Shown here piece after piece: positions 23,168 through 33,608 of a DNA stretch of 64,000 nucleotides. Under the pieces are notes generated by a model. It saw only the letters and a program-made list of their open reading frames with translations, was not told the origin of the DNA and did no database searches. The DNA is from Candidatus Bathyarchaeota archaeon (lineage in GTDB: Archaea; Thermoproteota; Bathyarchaeia; Bathyarchaeales; Bathycorpusculaceae): the NCBI GenBank assembly GCA_963782525.1, contig CAWAKC010000003.1:399548-463547 (forward strand), read 5' to 3'. Made by a program: the position numbers and the translations under genes. Position 1 is the first letter of the stretch. The number at the start of each line of letters is the position of its first letter.

Positions 23168-23314
23168 TTGTGGCTTTGTCAATATTGTGGACACGAAAAC
23201 GACGAAACCTCAACAATCTGCGACAACTGTGGCGCACTGCGAGATGATGACACTGGTGATTCTGGGGACAACAAGGATTCAGAGGACCTCTTTTTTGATG
23301 ATGAAGGCATATAG
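23168..23314 (+). CDS. 48-aa RanBP2-type zinc-finger microprotein with acidic tail (below the ORF-track cutoff)
   Basis: MWLCQYCGHENDETSTICDNCGA fits W-x-C-x2-C-x3-N-x6-C-x2-C; purine-rich RBS upstream of TTG. Confidence 0.65.
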   Translation: MWLCQYCGHENDETSTICDNCGALRDDDTGDSGDNKDSEDLFFDDEGI

Positions 23315-23359
23315 GAACTAGAAAGTGTTAAAATTCCAGCCTTCTTACCAAGTGTAAGT

Positions 23360-24052
23360 ATGCGTAAGATACGAGCAATCCTGTTTGACCTTGACAATAC
23401 ATTGATAGACTTCATTCAGATGAAGGAGGAATCATGTAGAGCAGCGGTTAAGGCGATGGTAGCGTCAGGATTGCAGATGGATGAGGATCAAGCGTTTAAA
23501 CTTCTATTGATAAAGTATTTTGATGTAGGAATAGAATCTGACAGAGCATTCTCAGAGTTTCTAAAAAGTATCAATCAGTTTGATCACAAAATACTCGCAT
23601 CAGGCATCAATACCTACCTAAAAACAAAAAACAAATTCTTAAAACCCTACCCAAATGTCAAACCAGTCCTTGGAAAGCTAAAAAGAAAAGGCATTTTTCT
23701 CTCAATTGTTACAGATGCACCAAAAACCAAGGCTTACCAACGATTATTAGGTATGGGGATCGAACCTTACTTCAAATTTGTCGTAGGTTATGAGGATACA
23801 AACAAAAGCAAACATACTGGGTTGCCACTTCTGCGGGCTTTGGAAATGCTCAGAAAAGAATGCCCGGACATAGCAAACTCGGAGATTCTTATGGTTGGCG
23901 ATTCAATAGAAAAAGACATAGTGCCAGCCAAAGAACTTGGACTAAGAACAGCCCTCGCAAAATATGGACAAAAAACCCCAGAGGTTGGATCCGCAGATTA
24001 CATGCTTTTAGATTTCAAAGAAATAATCGATATTGTCGAATCATTTCAGTGA
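23360..24052 (+). CDS. HAD-superfamily hydrolase (subfamily IA)
   Basis: LFDLDNTL, IVTDA, MVGDSIEKDI. Confidence 0.9.
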   Translation: MRKIRAILFDLDNTLIDFIQMKEESCRAAVKAMVASGLQMDEDQAFKLLLIKYFDVGIESDRAFSEFLKSINQFDHKILASGINTYLKTKNKFLKPYPNVKPVLGKLKRKGIFLSIVTDAPKTKAYQRLLGMGIEPYFKFVVGYEDTNKSKHTGLPLLRALEMLRKECPDIANSEILMVGDSIEKDIVPAKELGLRTALAKYGQKTPEVGSADYMLLDFKEIIDIVESFQ

Positions 24053-24062
24053 GCCAATCTCA

Positions 24063-26624
24063 TTAAATATGGTTATTCCTGATGTGCTTTTCTAATTGTG
24101 CTTCCTTCACTCTCAGATCGCAATAGGGACAAGTAGCTATGTTAACATTCTCTTTTCCTTCAGTAACAGTGTTCTTTTGATCTCTCTCTAAATCCCCAAT
24201 CGCGCCTTCACTGAGTACTTTTAGTCGAATTTGTTTTACTTCCTCAAGGGTAAATCCTGTTTCAGCTGCCACTTGAAGATCAGTAGCAGTTTTGTAGGTG
24301 AGAATGAAACATTTTGCATGATTTAGTCTGGTTTGGTCATTCCTACTGCGAAGTTTGGTCGGATCTACTACATTGTTAACCGATCGAACTTCAGCTTTCT
24401 CAGCGCCTCTAACACTCTTAGAAATTAGTCTTTTTGAATCTACTTTTAAGTAATTTAGTCTAGTTTCTTCGATCCTGTTGAGCTGTTTGGTTCGATATGG
24501 TGAATTGTTAACCGATCGCACTTCAGCTGCTTCAGGGACTCTTATTCTGTTAGAATTTGGTCTTTTTGTACCCTGTAATTTATTCTTTAATTCCTCAACC
24601 CGGTCTATTGAAATTCCTTTCTGATTAGCAATTTCACGTACACCCCACCCTCGGCCCAAATAATACCTAACTACACTTAATTCAATGTCAACATTCCTTG
24701 TTTTAACAGTGTCCTCAGTTTTTCTTTTAAGCGGCTTTTTCTGTGAGAGTCTCTCTTCAAGGATTTCTTCTGCCTGTAATCTTCTCCGATCCCTAAAGCA
24801 ATCATTAACCAACTTGAGAAACTTGTTATCCTTCTCAATCTTTGGACACATAAGGGTGAGCGCACTTTTGTGGCAGTACTGTGCCAAAGCTGTATAAGGA
24901 AACTCCCTCAAAGTTGAGATAGAGCCTATCAATATCAATTTCTTGCTTGCTCTAGTTAACGCAACATTCAACTCACGAAAATCACTTAAAGCGATATGCA
25001 ATCTCTCGCCATCATATGTTGGAGACCATGTAAAGCAATAGATGACCACTTCCTTTTCTTTTCCTTGAAATTTATGCACGGTTGACACCGCCAAGTGCCA
25101 ATCGGTAACGTCATGATCTTTTCCCAACTCTTTCGCAACTTTTTTTATTGCCCCCCTCAAGATTTGAGCTTGAAGCTTGAAGGGAGTTATAATACAAATA
25201 TTATTGGGGTTGACTCCAGAACTAAGAAAATCTGACCAAACACTCACAGCAACAGCGGCTTCATACTCATTAAAATAAGATGCAGACTTGTTAGGATCAG
25301 CAGATTGAACTCTGCCCATTGGCGCAACAATACTTGCTGAGCCTGTATCGACACAAATCAACGGCTGATTATTGATAACTTCAACAATAGACTGTCTAGC
25401 ACCAGAGTTTAAACCTAGATTTTTACTCTCACAACCAGGAGCACTAAGAATCGCACCACCATAAAAACACGCAGATGAGAAACCCATTATCACCGGATTA
25501 CTACGATACTGAACATTCAACAGAGTATGCTTCTGAGGATATTTATCATACAGAATTCTAAAAAGACTCTCCCACCCCTCCTTAACATACTTGGCCGCAA
25601 CACGAGAGGTTATAGGCGGTAACTGCTTGTGATCCCCAACCAAAACAAATCGTTTACCGCACAAGACACCAATTAATGTTAAGGGTATAGTCGCCATAGA
25701 ACTTTCGTCAACTATAACATAATCAAAAAAAGGCTCATCCCACGACAATTTCTTTGACTTAACTAACATTGAAACCTTAGAAAGCGTAGCTCCCACAATT
25801 TGTGAACTCTTCAGAGCTAAGGCTTCATCCTTTCCTACAGAGATTAGGTGTTTCAACTCCTCAGAAACATTAGTTTTATTACCCAGCCTCGTGATGCCAT
25901 GTTGCTTTTGCAAAACCAATTTTTCTAAAACATTATCAACTGCAACGTTTGTATGAGATGTTACAAGAACCCTTTGTCCTTTCTTAACGAGAATTCGAAC
26001 TAACTCAGTTATTACAGTAGTTTTACCAGTACCAGGTGGGCCATGTACTAGATGAAACAAACCATCAAGCGATAGATCACAACAAATTCCAACGGCTTCT
26101 CTCTGATTATTATTCAGTTGTTTATTGAAAAAGTCCTGAGGAGAATACTGCCCCTTAACAAAATCTTCCGTCTCAGCAATAACACTATTTAGCATGCCGC
26201 CAAGTTCGCTCTTAGATTCAATTACATAATTCAAGGCGCACTCTTGCATCAGAATTAACTGGGATTCATCTGCTTCTCGGATTTCCACCTGCTCAGTCAG
26301 AAGCTCCTGCTCGGTAATAACATAAAAGGAATCTTTATTCTCCGAAAACCCAAGAGTACCAAAAACTGTTTGTTCACCATAAACAACTTCTACCCACAAA
26401 CCCTCTTCTATTCCAAAATCGTTTGCTTTAAAGTAAGAGAAGAAAAGGGTATCTACATTTTGACGTTCTATAATTGTCGCCAAAAACGTACGGCGACTGC
26501 TTATTTTCTTCTTAATTTCTTCTTTTTCTACCTCTAGAAATAATTTTACTTCGGACAAGACATTATCGGAGGCAACACACAAAGCAAACTCTAACTCTAA
26601 GTTTAGAAATAGAGGTAAAATCAA
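24063..26624 (-). CDS. Upf1/Dna2/IGHMBP2-like SF1 helicase with C-terminal HTH-like segments and C2H2 finger
   Basis: HGPPGTGKTT, SHTNVAVDN, IVDESSM, LVGDHKQLPP, QYRSNP, TVHKFQGKEK, LNVALTRA; terminal CPYC...HIRNNH. Confidence 0.9.
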   Translation of the reverse strand: MILPLFLNLELEFALCVASDNVLSEVKLFLEVEKEEIKKKISSRRTFLATIIERQNVDTLFFSYFKANDFGIEEGLWVEVVYGEQTVFGTLGFSENKDSFYVITEQELLTEQVEIREADESQLILMQECALNYVIESKSELGGMLNSVIAETEDFVKGQYSPQDFFNKQLNNNQREAVGICCDLSLDGLFHLVHGPPGTGKTTVITELVRILVKKGQRVLVTSHTNVAVDNVLEKLVLQKQHGITRLGNKTNVSEELKHLISVGKDEALALKSSQIVGATLSKVSMLVKSKKLSWDEPFFDYVIVDESSMATIPLTLIGVLCGKRFVLVGDHKQLPPITSRVAAKYVKEGWESLFRILYDKYPQKHTLLNVQYRSNPVIMGFSSACFYGGAILSAPGCESKNLGLNSGARQSIVEVINNQPLICVDTGSASIVAPMGRVQSADPNKSASYFNEYEAAVAVSVWSDFLSSGVNPNNICIITPFKLQAQILRGAIKKVAKELGKDHDVTDWHLAVSTVHKFQGKEKEVVIYCFTWSPTYDGERLHIALSDFRELNVALTRASKKLILIGSISTLREFPYTALAQYCHKSALTLMCPKIEKDNKFLKLVNDCFRDRRRLQAEEILEERLSQKKPLKRKTEDTVKTRNVDIELSVVRYYLGRGWGVREIANQKGISIDRVEELKNKLQGTKRPNSNRIRVPEAAEVRSVNNSPYRTKQLNRIEETRLNYLKVDSKRLISKSVRGAEKAEVRSVNNVVDPTKLRSRNDQTRLNHAKCFILTYKTATDLQVAAETGFTLEEVKQIRLKVLSEGAIGDLERDQKNTVTEGKENVNIATCPYCDLRVKEAQLEKHIRNNHI

Positions 26625-27016
26625 TTTAACCTTTACGAAAAAAACTTGTAATTCAGACTACATATTACTCATATGTCTCACAAGAGACAAGCTCTTGAAT
26701 ACAAACCATATTAGCCCTTATCACCTAATAATAACTAGTAAAAAATGATCTTTAGAGAAGAATATATAATTAGTACCACAACAGAGCATGCTCAAAACTC
26801 ACAACTGCCCGCGTTCTTTCTCACAGATGCTGATTTTTCGTTGATTTACCCATCGTTATCTCCAGATACTTCAAATGTCAAATACTAATGAAGTTATCCA
26901 GCGAGATTTTTCCATAGCCAATTGGATTTATGGTGAGTTTCACCCGACAAAGAAAAAAAACGTGAGGTTTCGATTTTTTGTGGAAAAAGATATTACCTCT
27001 TAAATCAACCTAAGAT

Positions 27017-27274
27017 TTGTTATTTGATGGTGAATTTATGTCTGGAACGTCTCAACCTAAAGCAAGCATGCGAACCAAGCTGCCAAACGGGGATTTCTTA
27101 ACCTTAACGGTGTGGGCTGGAAAAACTGACCCAACCGCAGAAGTAATCACTGTCCAGATCCGCCACCCTGAAGGCGACCAATGGGAAACCATTGGCAGAA
27201 TGGCTGCTTACCGAACCAGCGACGGAACCTACTCGCAGCTACCCGAACGCACACCAGCACCAAAACCAACATAG
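27017..27274 (+). CDS. Small beta-rich hypothetical protein (start possibly ATG 27038)
   Basis: Compact ORF with plausible composition; function not recognised. Confidence 0.55.
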   Translation: MLFDGEFMSGTSQPKASMRTKLPNGDFLTLTVWAGKTDPTAEVITVQIRHPEGDQWETIGRMAAYRTSDGTYSQLPERTPAPKPT

Positions 27275-27725
27275 AAGTCATCTGCCATTGTCTATAGTTA
27301 TTTGACTAACTCCGGACAGCAATGCACATGTTTATCCAGATGGGCGGAATGCCGTTTTTGAATAAAACAATGCCGATCCAAAACAAACAAACTACGCTTT
27401 AAAAGCCTAAAGTCAGTCAAACAACTAATACTTTGTCGAATCTTCCGATGTTCTCTGCCACCTCTCTGTTCAGAACCAAGCACAGTATACTATACAACGC
27501 GAAGCAGGCAACGTTTCCTAAGCCTCTAACCTTATTCATGACCATGCTGTATTGAGTTTTCAGGAAACTGTAAACCGCCTCTATATGAAGCTATATCCAT
27601 GTTACAGAAACCACAGAACTCCCTCGACTAGTTGCACTTGCAAGAGACTCTTACAACAGGGAAAATAGATGATAGGCAACAAAAAGTTCATTTGTGTCAA
27701 CCACCTAGCTTGAATTGAAGTTGGT

Positions 27726-28511
27726 TTGCAGCTTATGAACGTCGAAATCACAATGCTAAAAGAGTTTACGCCCAGCCAATTAATACTCGTATGCGGATTG
27801 CCTGGAACAGCCTACATTGGAAAACTTTCAGTTGACTACCTCACCAAGGAACTCAAAGCTGAACTGGTCGGGGAAGTATACTCAAAATATTTTCCACCCT
27901 TTGCCGTTATTAGGGAAGACGGACTTGTTGAGCTTCTTCGAAACGAACTCCACCAATTCAAAGACGAATCGGGACGAACCATAGTTTTTCTCACCGGAAA
28001 CTCACAGGCTTATTCACCAGAGGGCCAATACGAGATAGCGGATGCAGTTTTGGACTGGGCAATCACCAATGGCGTACAAAGAGTATACTCCATTGCAGCC
28101 TACATAACGGAGAGATCCTTTGAGGCGCCAAACGTCTACTGCACTACGACAACGTTAGCTTTGCTTGAAGAAGCTAAGGCACATGGCGCCCAACTTCTAA
28201 ATAATGGCATCATCGGTGGCGAAAATGGTGTAATAATGGGTCTCGCCAAAAAGAAAAACGTGGAAGGCGCGTGTTTGCTTGCGGAAACTCGCGGGTATCA
28301 GACTACAACTGGAGAAGATGTTATAGATCCCCGGGCAGCAAAGGCAGCTCTGAAAGTTTTGACTTCAATGTTGAATTTGAAAGTAGACATGGAACCCATG
28401 GAAAAGCAGGTGGTGCAGATGGATGAGGCAATTGCGAAAATGGTCGAAATTGAGCGTCGAATACGAGAAGAAATCACCCGTTCAGGTAAGAAACCCGCCT
28501 ACGTCACTTAA
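27726..28511 (+). CDS. PAC2-family proteasome assembly chaperone
   Basis: VCGLPGTAYIGKLSVDYL, LTGNSQA, GIIGGENGVIMG, CLLAET, IDPRAA. Confidence 0.9.
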   Translation: MQLMNVEITMLKEFTPSQLILVCGLPGTAYIGKLSVDYLTKELKAELVGEVYSKYFPPFAVIREDGLVELLRNELHQFKDESGRTIVFLTGNSQAYSPEGQYEIADAVLDWAITNGVQRVYSIAAYITERSFEAPNVYCTTTTLALLEEAKAHGAQLLNNGIIGGENGVIMGLAKKKNVEGACLLAETRGYQTTTGEDVIDPRAAKAALKVLTSMLNLKVDMEPMEKQVVQMDEAIAKMVEIERRIREEITRSGKKPAYVT

Positions 28512-28523
28512 ACTGAGGCTGCA

Positions 28524-29201
28524 TTGATGGAAAAGGAAACGTGGATAGAACGCCGCGGCGACGCTGAACTCATCGAACCCATAGCTGTAGTTGGCTCGCC
28601 AGGGTTAAGGTCTATAGGCAAACTCGTTATGGAAAGTCTCATAGCTAAAACCCAAGCAACGCTAATTGCAGACTTGTATTCTACGCATATGCCGTCTATC
28701 TACCAAACCAAACCCTCCTACGCTGCCCATCCAATGTTGCCTGGCACGGGAGGAATCATCGTTGAATCAGGCGAAGCAGACTTTCCTAAAGTCCAATTCT
28801 ACGCTTGTTCCACTCCTTCTTTAATCATTACAAAAGGATATCACGCAAATTTTGAAGGCCAATATGAAGTTGCAGTAAAAGTGCTCAATTTTTTAGCTGA
28901 AAACCACGTCAAACGAATAATAGTCGTTGCAGGTTATGGTTCAAAAGACAAAAAAATATGTGGAGCAGCTACCAGTAAAGAATTAGTTGCTGAGCTGAAA
29001 GAAAAATATGGTATCGACATAGGATACACAGGACCCTTCATGGGCTTCTCAGGGCTGGTGTTTGGTTTGTCAAAGCGGATAGACATGGAGGCGCTATGCC
29101 TTTTTGCAGGCACCGAACCAAAAGAAGACATAGAGTTTCCAGATAAAGAAGCATCAGAAAGAGCTTTGGACAAACTCAGCAAGATTCTTGGTTTTCATTA
29201 A
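28524..29201 (+). CDS. Second PAC2-family protein
   Basis: VVGSPGLRSIGKL, GFSGLVFG, ALCLFAGT, FPDKEAS. Confidence 0.85.
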   Translation: MMEKETWIERRGDAELIEPIAVVGSPGLRSIGKLVMESLIAKTQATLIADLYSTHMPSIYQTKPSYAAHPMLPGTGGIIVESGEADFPKVQFYACSTPSLIITKGYHANFEGQYEVAVKVLNFLAENHVKRIIVVAGYGSKDKKICGAATSKELVAELKEKYGIDIGYTGPFMGFSGLVFGLSKRIDMEALCLFAGTEPKEDIEFPDKEASERALDKLSKILGFH

Positions 29202-29315
29202 TAGCCTAAATATCTTAGATTTCGTAAGCTGGCTATGCGTTGTCGTGTTACAAACACTTCTTAATTTTCTACATTGCTATTTAAAACGATAGTTAGTCTT
29301 TCCCCAATATGAGAA

Positions 29316-29430
29316 TTTGGATTCTTCTGTTAGTTGGTCGTCTCTGCAGTCCCAACACATGCCATGATACTGTTCGATTTCTTCTTTTGGTAATGACTTC
29401 ACAGCAAATGCTACACTTATTTGCATCCAT
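29316..29430 (-). pseudogene. Frameshifted third copy of the small CWxC zinc-finger gene
   Basis: MDANKCSICCEVITK/EEIEQYHGMCWDCRDDQLTEES. Confidence 0.65.
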
Positions 29431-29441
29431 CTTGCAAGTCC

Positions 29442-29945
29442 TTAATTTGGGAGGTCAAAGCCAGTAGCATTGTTGAATTTCTTTCTGAAAATCCAATCTA
29501 AGTTTTCCAAGTTTTGCGGATAAATGGAAACTAGTCGTTTGTTTCTTTTGTGATAAATAGCCATTTTTCGTCTCATATTTCTCTCGTAATTCTCTCTAGT
29601 CCAAGAGTCGTCTGCATTCAACAATCCCCAGAACTCAACATAGACATCATAATCTGGTAGATAAAAATCTGGATTCCTTATTACGTAGTCAGGGCTTTGC
29701 TCATAAACGTACCTTATGTTATTCTTTTTGAAATAATCGGCAATTCGCTTTTCAGAAAAACTTCTGACTAATTCACCATCAGTAAACGATTGAATACCAT
29801 ACGAGGGTGTATTTAGTGGTTGAAATTTGTTCTTGTTTGTCCGGAATATTTTTGCTAAAATATAGATTACAATAATCCAGAATAACGGATTAAGTAAGAA
29901 TATGTAAACAAATACTGAGTTGTCCATCGCATAGTTGGTACACAA
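29442..29945 (-). CDS. Membrane-anchored PD-(D/E)XK-like nuclease-domain protein
   Basis: N-terminal TM, then GELVRSFSEKRIADY...YE...PDFYLPDYDVYVEFWG. Confidence 0.65.
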   Translation of the reverse strand: MCTNYAMDNSVFVYIFLLNPLFWIIVIYILAKIFRTNKNKFQPLNTPSYGIQSFTDGELVRSFSEKRIADYFKKNNIRYVYEQSPDYVIRNPDFYLPDYDVYVEFWGLLNADDSWTRENYERNMRRKMAIYHKRNKRLVSIYPQNLENLDWIFRKKFNNATGFDLPN

Positions 29946-30400
29946 GGGAAGCTAATTAAAATCTTATGAAACTGAAAGTCATATCAAATTAAATTTCAAA
30001 AAAAACTAGGGTTTCTTCATGAAGCATGCTTTATTTTCATCGACTAAGCGAACTCGTTATTTTCTTTGAATCTCTTAGTTGACTTGTGGATAGTTCACCT
30101 AGATTTGTTATGTCATATGCTTGTACACTGATAATAAAAGCAAATAACCTAACCTTTATTCAGAATGACGAGAAATCATATTTAGAGATTGTCTCTTCCT
30201 TTGCCTGACTTTTTTCCTGGGTTTTTGCTGGGTAATCCGGCTTTGCCTTGGGCAATTTTTCGCCTCCAAATCCACGGGGTGGGGTTTCTAAACAGTTTCT
30301 TTTAAGATTTTATGTAGTAATTCGTAATACACAAAGCTTTAAAGCAAAAACACTGCATAAACTATTAGGGATAACGCTTTTGCCTTAAGAAGATTATTTA

Positions 30401-30874
30401 ATGCCGAACGAGAACATCCGGTACCAAAGCGATTTTGACGTTTCATATGCCGGTAAACTCTATACCGTCGTTCTTACTGATATTCGATTAATTTTGTATG
30501 CGCGTAAAGGTTTGATTTTCAAGAGTGATGATGTTGTAACCGAAGCTATCAGAGACGTTCAGGGAATCAAGTATAAGGAAACAGGTATGTTTATCAAAAG
30601 TTCATACCTTGAAATTTCAAGTGCATCAAAGATGGTTTTGACAGGCAATCAGGCTTCAATCAAAACTCTATATCAAAGATTATTACCTTTCCTGTCTCCA
30701 GAACTGCGGCAACCTGCACAACAAGTACACAGCATGTATATGCCTCCACCGCCTCCTGCATACGCAGCTACTGCATCCCAAACATCATACGCCTCTTCCA
30801 AGTTCTGTCCAGCTTGTGGAATCGAACAACCAACCAACAGCAAATTCTGCAACAATTGCGGCAAACCTGTGTGA
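30401..30874 (+). CDS. PH-like domain protein with C-terminal zinc ribbon
   Basis: VVLTDIRLILY, Pro-rich linker, FCPACG...FCNNCG. Confidence 0.7.
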   Translation: MPNENIRYQSDFDVSYAGKLYTVVLTDIRLILYARKGLIFKSDDVVTEAIRDVQGIKYKETGMFIKSSYLEISSASKMVLTGNQASIKTLYQRLLPFLSPELRQPAQQVHSMYMPPPPPAYAATASQTSYASSKFCPACGIEQPTNSKFCNNCGKPV

Positions 30875-30885
30875 GCTAACTCAAC

Positions 30886-31401
30886 ATGGAAAGGCAAACT
30901 TTTCAAACGTACAATTGTGACCTGACAACGTTACACAAAAGTATGGAAACATACTTTGTTGGAAAATGCTATAGGGTAAATAATTTCTTTAAAGAAAATC
31001 TTTACTTAACTCAGGCTTACAAGAAACAATTAGGAAATAATGTAATTGTTTCTCAAATCCAAGGAACACCGGAAAATTTTGATATCTCAATAGGATACTC
31101 TCAAAAAATAAACAACATTAACGCAATACAACCATTTGAAAAAATTCCCTTCAACACGAAAATCATTTTAGGGGAGCCTTTGCTGGAAAAAAACTTTATG
31201 AACTATATTACTACGCAAGCTGAACTAAAAAGAAATACCTTTGGAATGGGAATATCCAATTCTACACAGCCATTTTTGGCACCTGTTTGGAAAGAAAGAG
31301 AAATAATTAGAGAAATTGAGGTAGTCTACTGCAGATATTGTGGTACAAAAAACAATGCCAGACAAACAAATTGTATAAAATGCAACGCTTCACTTCACTA
31401 G
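30886..31401 (+). CDS. Hypothetical protein with C-terminal zinc ribbon
   Basis: EREIIREIEVVYCRYCG...CIKC. Confidence 0.65.
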   Translation: MERQTFQTYNCDLTTLHKSMETYFVGKCYRVNNFFKENLYLTQAYKKQLGNNVIVSQIQGTPENFDISIGYSQKINNINAIQPFEKIPFNTKIILGEPLLEKNFMNYITTQAELKRNTFGMGISNSTQPFLAPVWKEREIIREIEVVYCRYCGTKNNARQTNCIKCNASLH

Positions 31402-31693
31402 TTTCTTTCAGGCTTGTGTGGTTACGCCTCGTTACTGTTTATCGTCGTTTAGACATTTACCTGTTGAAACAACTTTTATTTCAAAAGCCAGTAAATGCGA
31501 TTATTACGAAAAATCTGGAGATGTGCGTGATTTGGCAGAACAACGTAATAATCAATCAGAGTTTAGTTTTGAATTGGAAGAATTAAGCGCAAAGTTTGCG
31601 GGGATAAAAGAGCCTTCAAAGAAAGTTAAACTCAATTAATGAGCGTTGCAATTTTCCGTTTGTTGGACAGTTGCTTTTGGTGATTCATAAATC

Positions 31694-31799
31694 ACTACTA
31701 CAGTCGCCAGCAAGGTTGCTTATCTAATCGATCAGGGTGCTGGGCCTGAGCACATTTTGGCGTTAGCGTTTAACCAGAAAGCTGCTGAAGAACAAAAAG
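31694..31799 (+). repeat. Dispersed fragment of uvrD (copy of ~16984-17090)
   Basis: Near-identical to the uvrD segment encoding TVASKVAYLIDQG..PE.ILALAFNQKAAEE. Confidence 0.9.
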
Positions 31800-31872
31800 G
31801 CTAAATTTACACATTACAACAAACGGTTTGAGTGATAACTGATAAACGCTTATTCTTGGTCGATGACATGAT

Positions 31873-33537
31873 TTATAGTTTGGATTTTTTTCTTTTTAAC
31901 AAAACAATAAGGAGGCTTACAGCTGCAAGTGCTATGATGAGGAATAATGCTATTGGCAGGATGTTGAATTCTTCAGCAGCAGAAATTGGCGTTGAGGTTG
32001 GCGTCTGTGTGGGTTGGCTTTGGTTTACTCCATCAGTGATGGTTACTCTGTGAGTGCTATGAGTATAGGAGAAGCCTAAGTTCCATGAATCGCCATTATC
32101 GGCAAGGGCATAACTAAGTTGTTTGTCGTCCATGGTGACTTTGAGAGAGCCGCCGTTTGGCATAACAGATTTGGCTATGGTGACATTGGTGGAGCCTGAG
32201 GTGCCACTGGGTCCGCTGACAGTGAAGCTGAGGGTTGCATTTTCGGGGTTGAAGACTACGTCGGTTACGGTGCTGTTGGTTCCAATGTGAAAAGGGTTAC
32301 TCTCTGAACCGCCGCTGTTTGGCATGTTAATGCTTGGGAAAGTCATGGAGTTAGGTTGTGCTTCGGGGTTTGGCGAGGTAAGAATTGGATTAATAGTTAC
32401 CGTGCCGTCGTAAGATGAAAAAGTGCTATCCCAAATGCTGTTTTCGATGGTTTGGGTGTCGGTTGTTCCCCACCAGTTACTGGTTGCATCAACATTATTG
32501 CCTGTATAGAGGTAAAAGCTGTAATTGCCATTGTTTTCCAGGTTGTTGTTTTTCACCGTCAGGGTCGGCGCGTTACTTACTACTATACCTTCTTGGTTGT
32601 TTCTGATCGTGTTATCGCTGATGATGGCGTCGGACGCTACGTGAAGTGCATTTCTCGTAGTGTTAACAATTATGTTTCTCTGTATGGTCGTGGTGCCGCC
32701 TTGCAAAACAGAAATCCCATCTAAGCAACCTGTGATGACATTGTCAGTTATCACTGCACCTGCACCATGCAAACTATTTTCGTAGTCCGCTGTAATGCCA
32801 ATACCGCTACCAAGCCAACTATCGTAAATCAAGCTATATAGACTGTCCACGTCGCCATCAAAGTTAACATACTTGAAACCAGTGACTAGATTGTTTGTAA
32901 CGGTTGCGCCGCTTTGCGCCAACGAGATGCCTCCCTCAATGGTGTTATGAGAAATTACCAGGGCACCAACGTTGTCGCCTTCGCTAATTATCATACCCAT
33001 AATGCCGTTTGAGCTAATCGTTGGAGACCCGCCGGTTATGCCTATTCCGCGTTGGCTGTCAGCTCCATAAATAAGATTGTTTGAAATGCTGGGCGCCCCA
33101 CCGGTTACTAATACTGCTTCGAAGCTGTTTGCTGAGCCTCGCCCAATGATGGTGTTGCTGTCAATTGTGGCTGAACTGCCAAGGATAAGATTAGTGGGAT
33201 TTAAGATTGCATTTTCAATCACACTGCCAGAGCCGCTACCACTAAGGGAAACGTCTCCGCCTGTAAAACTGATTTTTTCAGAAATGGTGCCTTCGGCAAC
33301 CAAAATGCCGTTTACCTGCAATGTGCAGTCGCTGGGAATTTGTATGGTGACGCCAGGTTCAATTGTTAAAGTTGCGCCAGAGGCCACGGTTACGTTTCCA
33401 GTTAACGTGTAGGGGCTGTTAGCTTTGGTCCAAGTTGTATTGGAACTAATCGTTGTGGCTCCATAAACGGTTGCAATTACAAAGAACATCGCGCAAAGTA
33501 ACAACGCGATTAATCCAGCGTTTAATAGGCGTTTCAT
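31873..33537 (-). CDS. Secreted right-handed beta-helix (NosD/pectin-lyase-like) surface protein with C-terminal membrane anchor
   Basis: Signal peptide, TTWTKANSPYTLTGNVTV, PbH1 repeats, NWWG, Thr/Pro linker, AEEF-TM-basic tail. Confidence 0.85.
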   Translation of the reverse strand: MKRLLNAGLIALLLCAMFFVIATVYGATTISSNTTWTKANSPYTLTGNVTVASGATLTIEPGVTIQIPSDCTLQVNGILVAEGTISEKISFTGGDVSLSGSGSGSVIENAILNPTNLILGSSATIDSNTIIGRGSANSFEAVLVTGGAPSISNNLIYGADSQRGIGITGGSPTISSNGIMGMIISEGDNVGALVISHNTIEGGISLAQSGATVTNNLVTGFKYVNFDGDVDSLYSLIYDSWLGSGIGITADYENSLHGAGAVITDNVITGCLDGISVLQGGTTTIQRNIIVNTTRNALHVASDAIISDNTIRNNQEGIVVSNAPTLTVKNNNLENNGNYSFYLYTGNNVDATSNWWGTTDTQTIENSIWDSTFSSYDGTVTINPILTSPNPEAQPNSMTFPSINMPNSGGSESNPFHIGTNSTVTDVVFNPENATLSFTVSGPSGTSGSTNVTIAKSVMPNGGSLKVTMDDKQLSYALADNGDSWNLGFSYTHSTHRVTITDGVNQSQPTQTPTSTPISAAEEFNILPIALFLIIALAAVSLLIVLLKRKKSKL

Positions 33538-33608
33538 CTATATGCCCCTTTACAACTTTACTTACATACGTCAGTATATATTTGCCCTATCTCTTGGCAG
33601 AAACAAGG

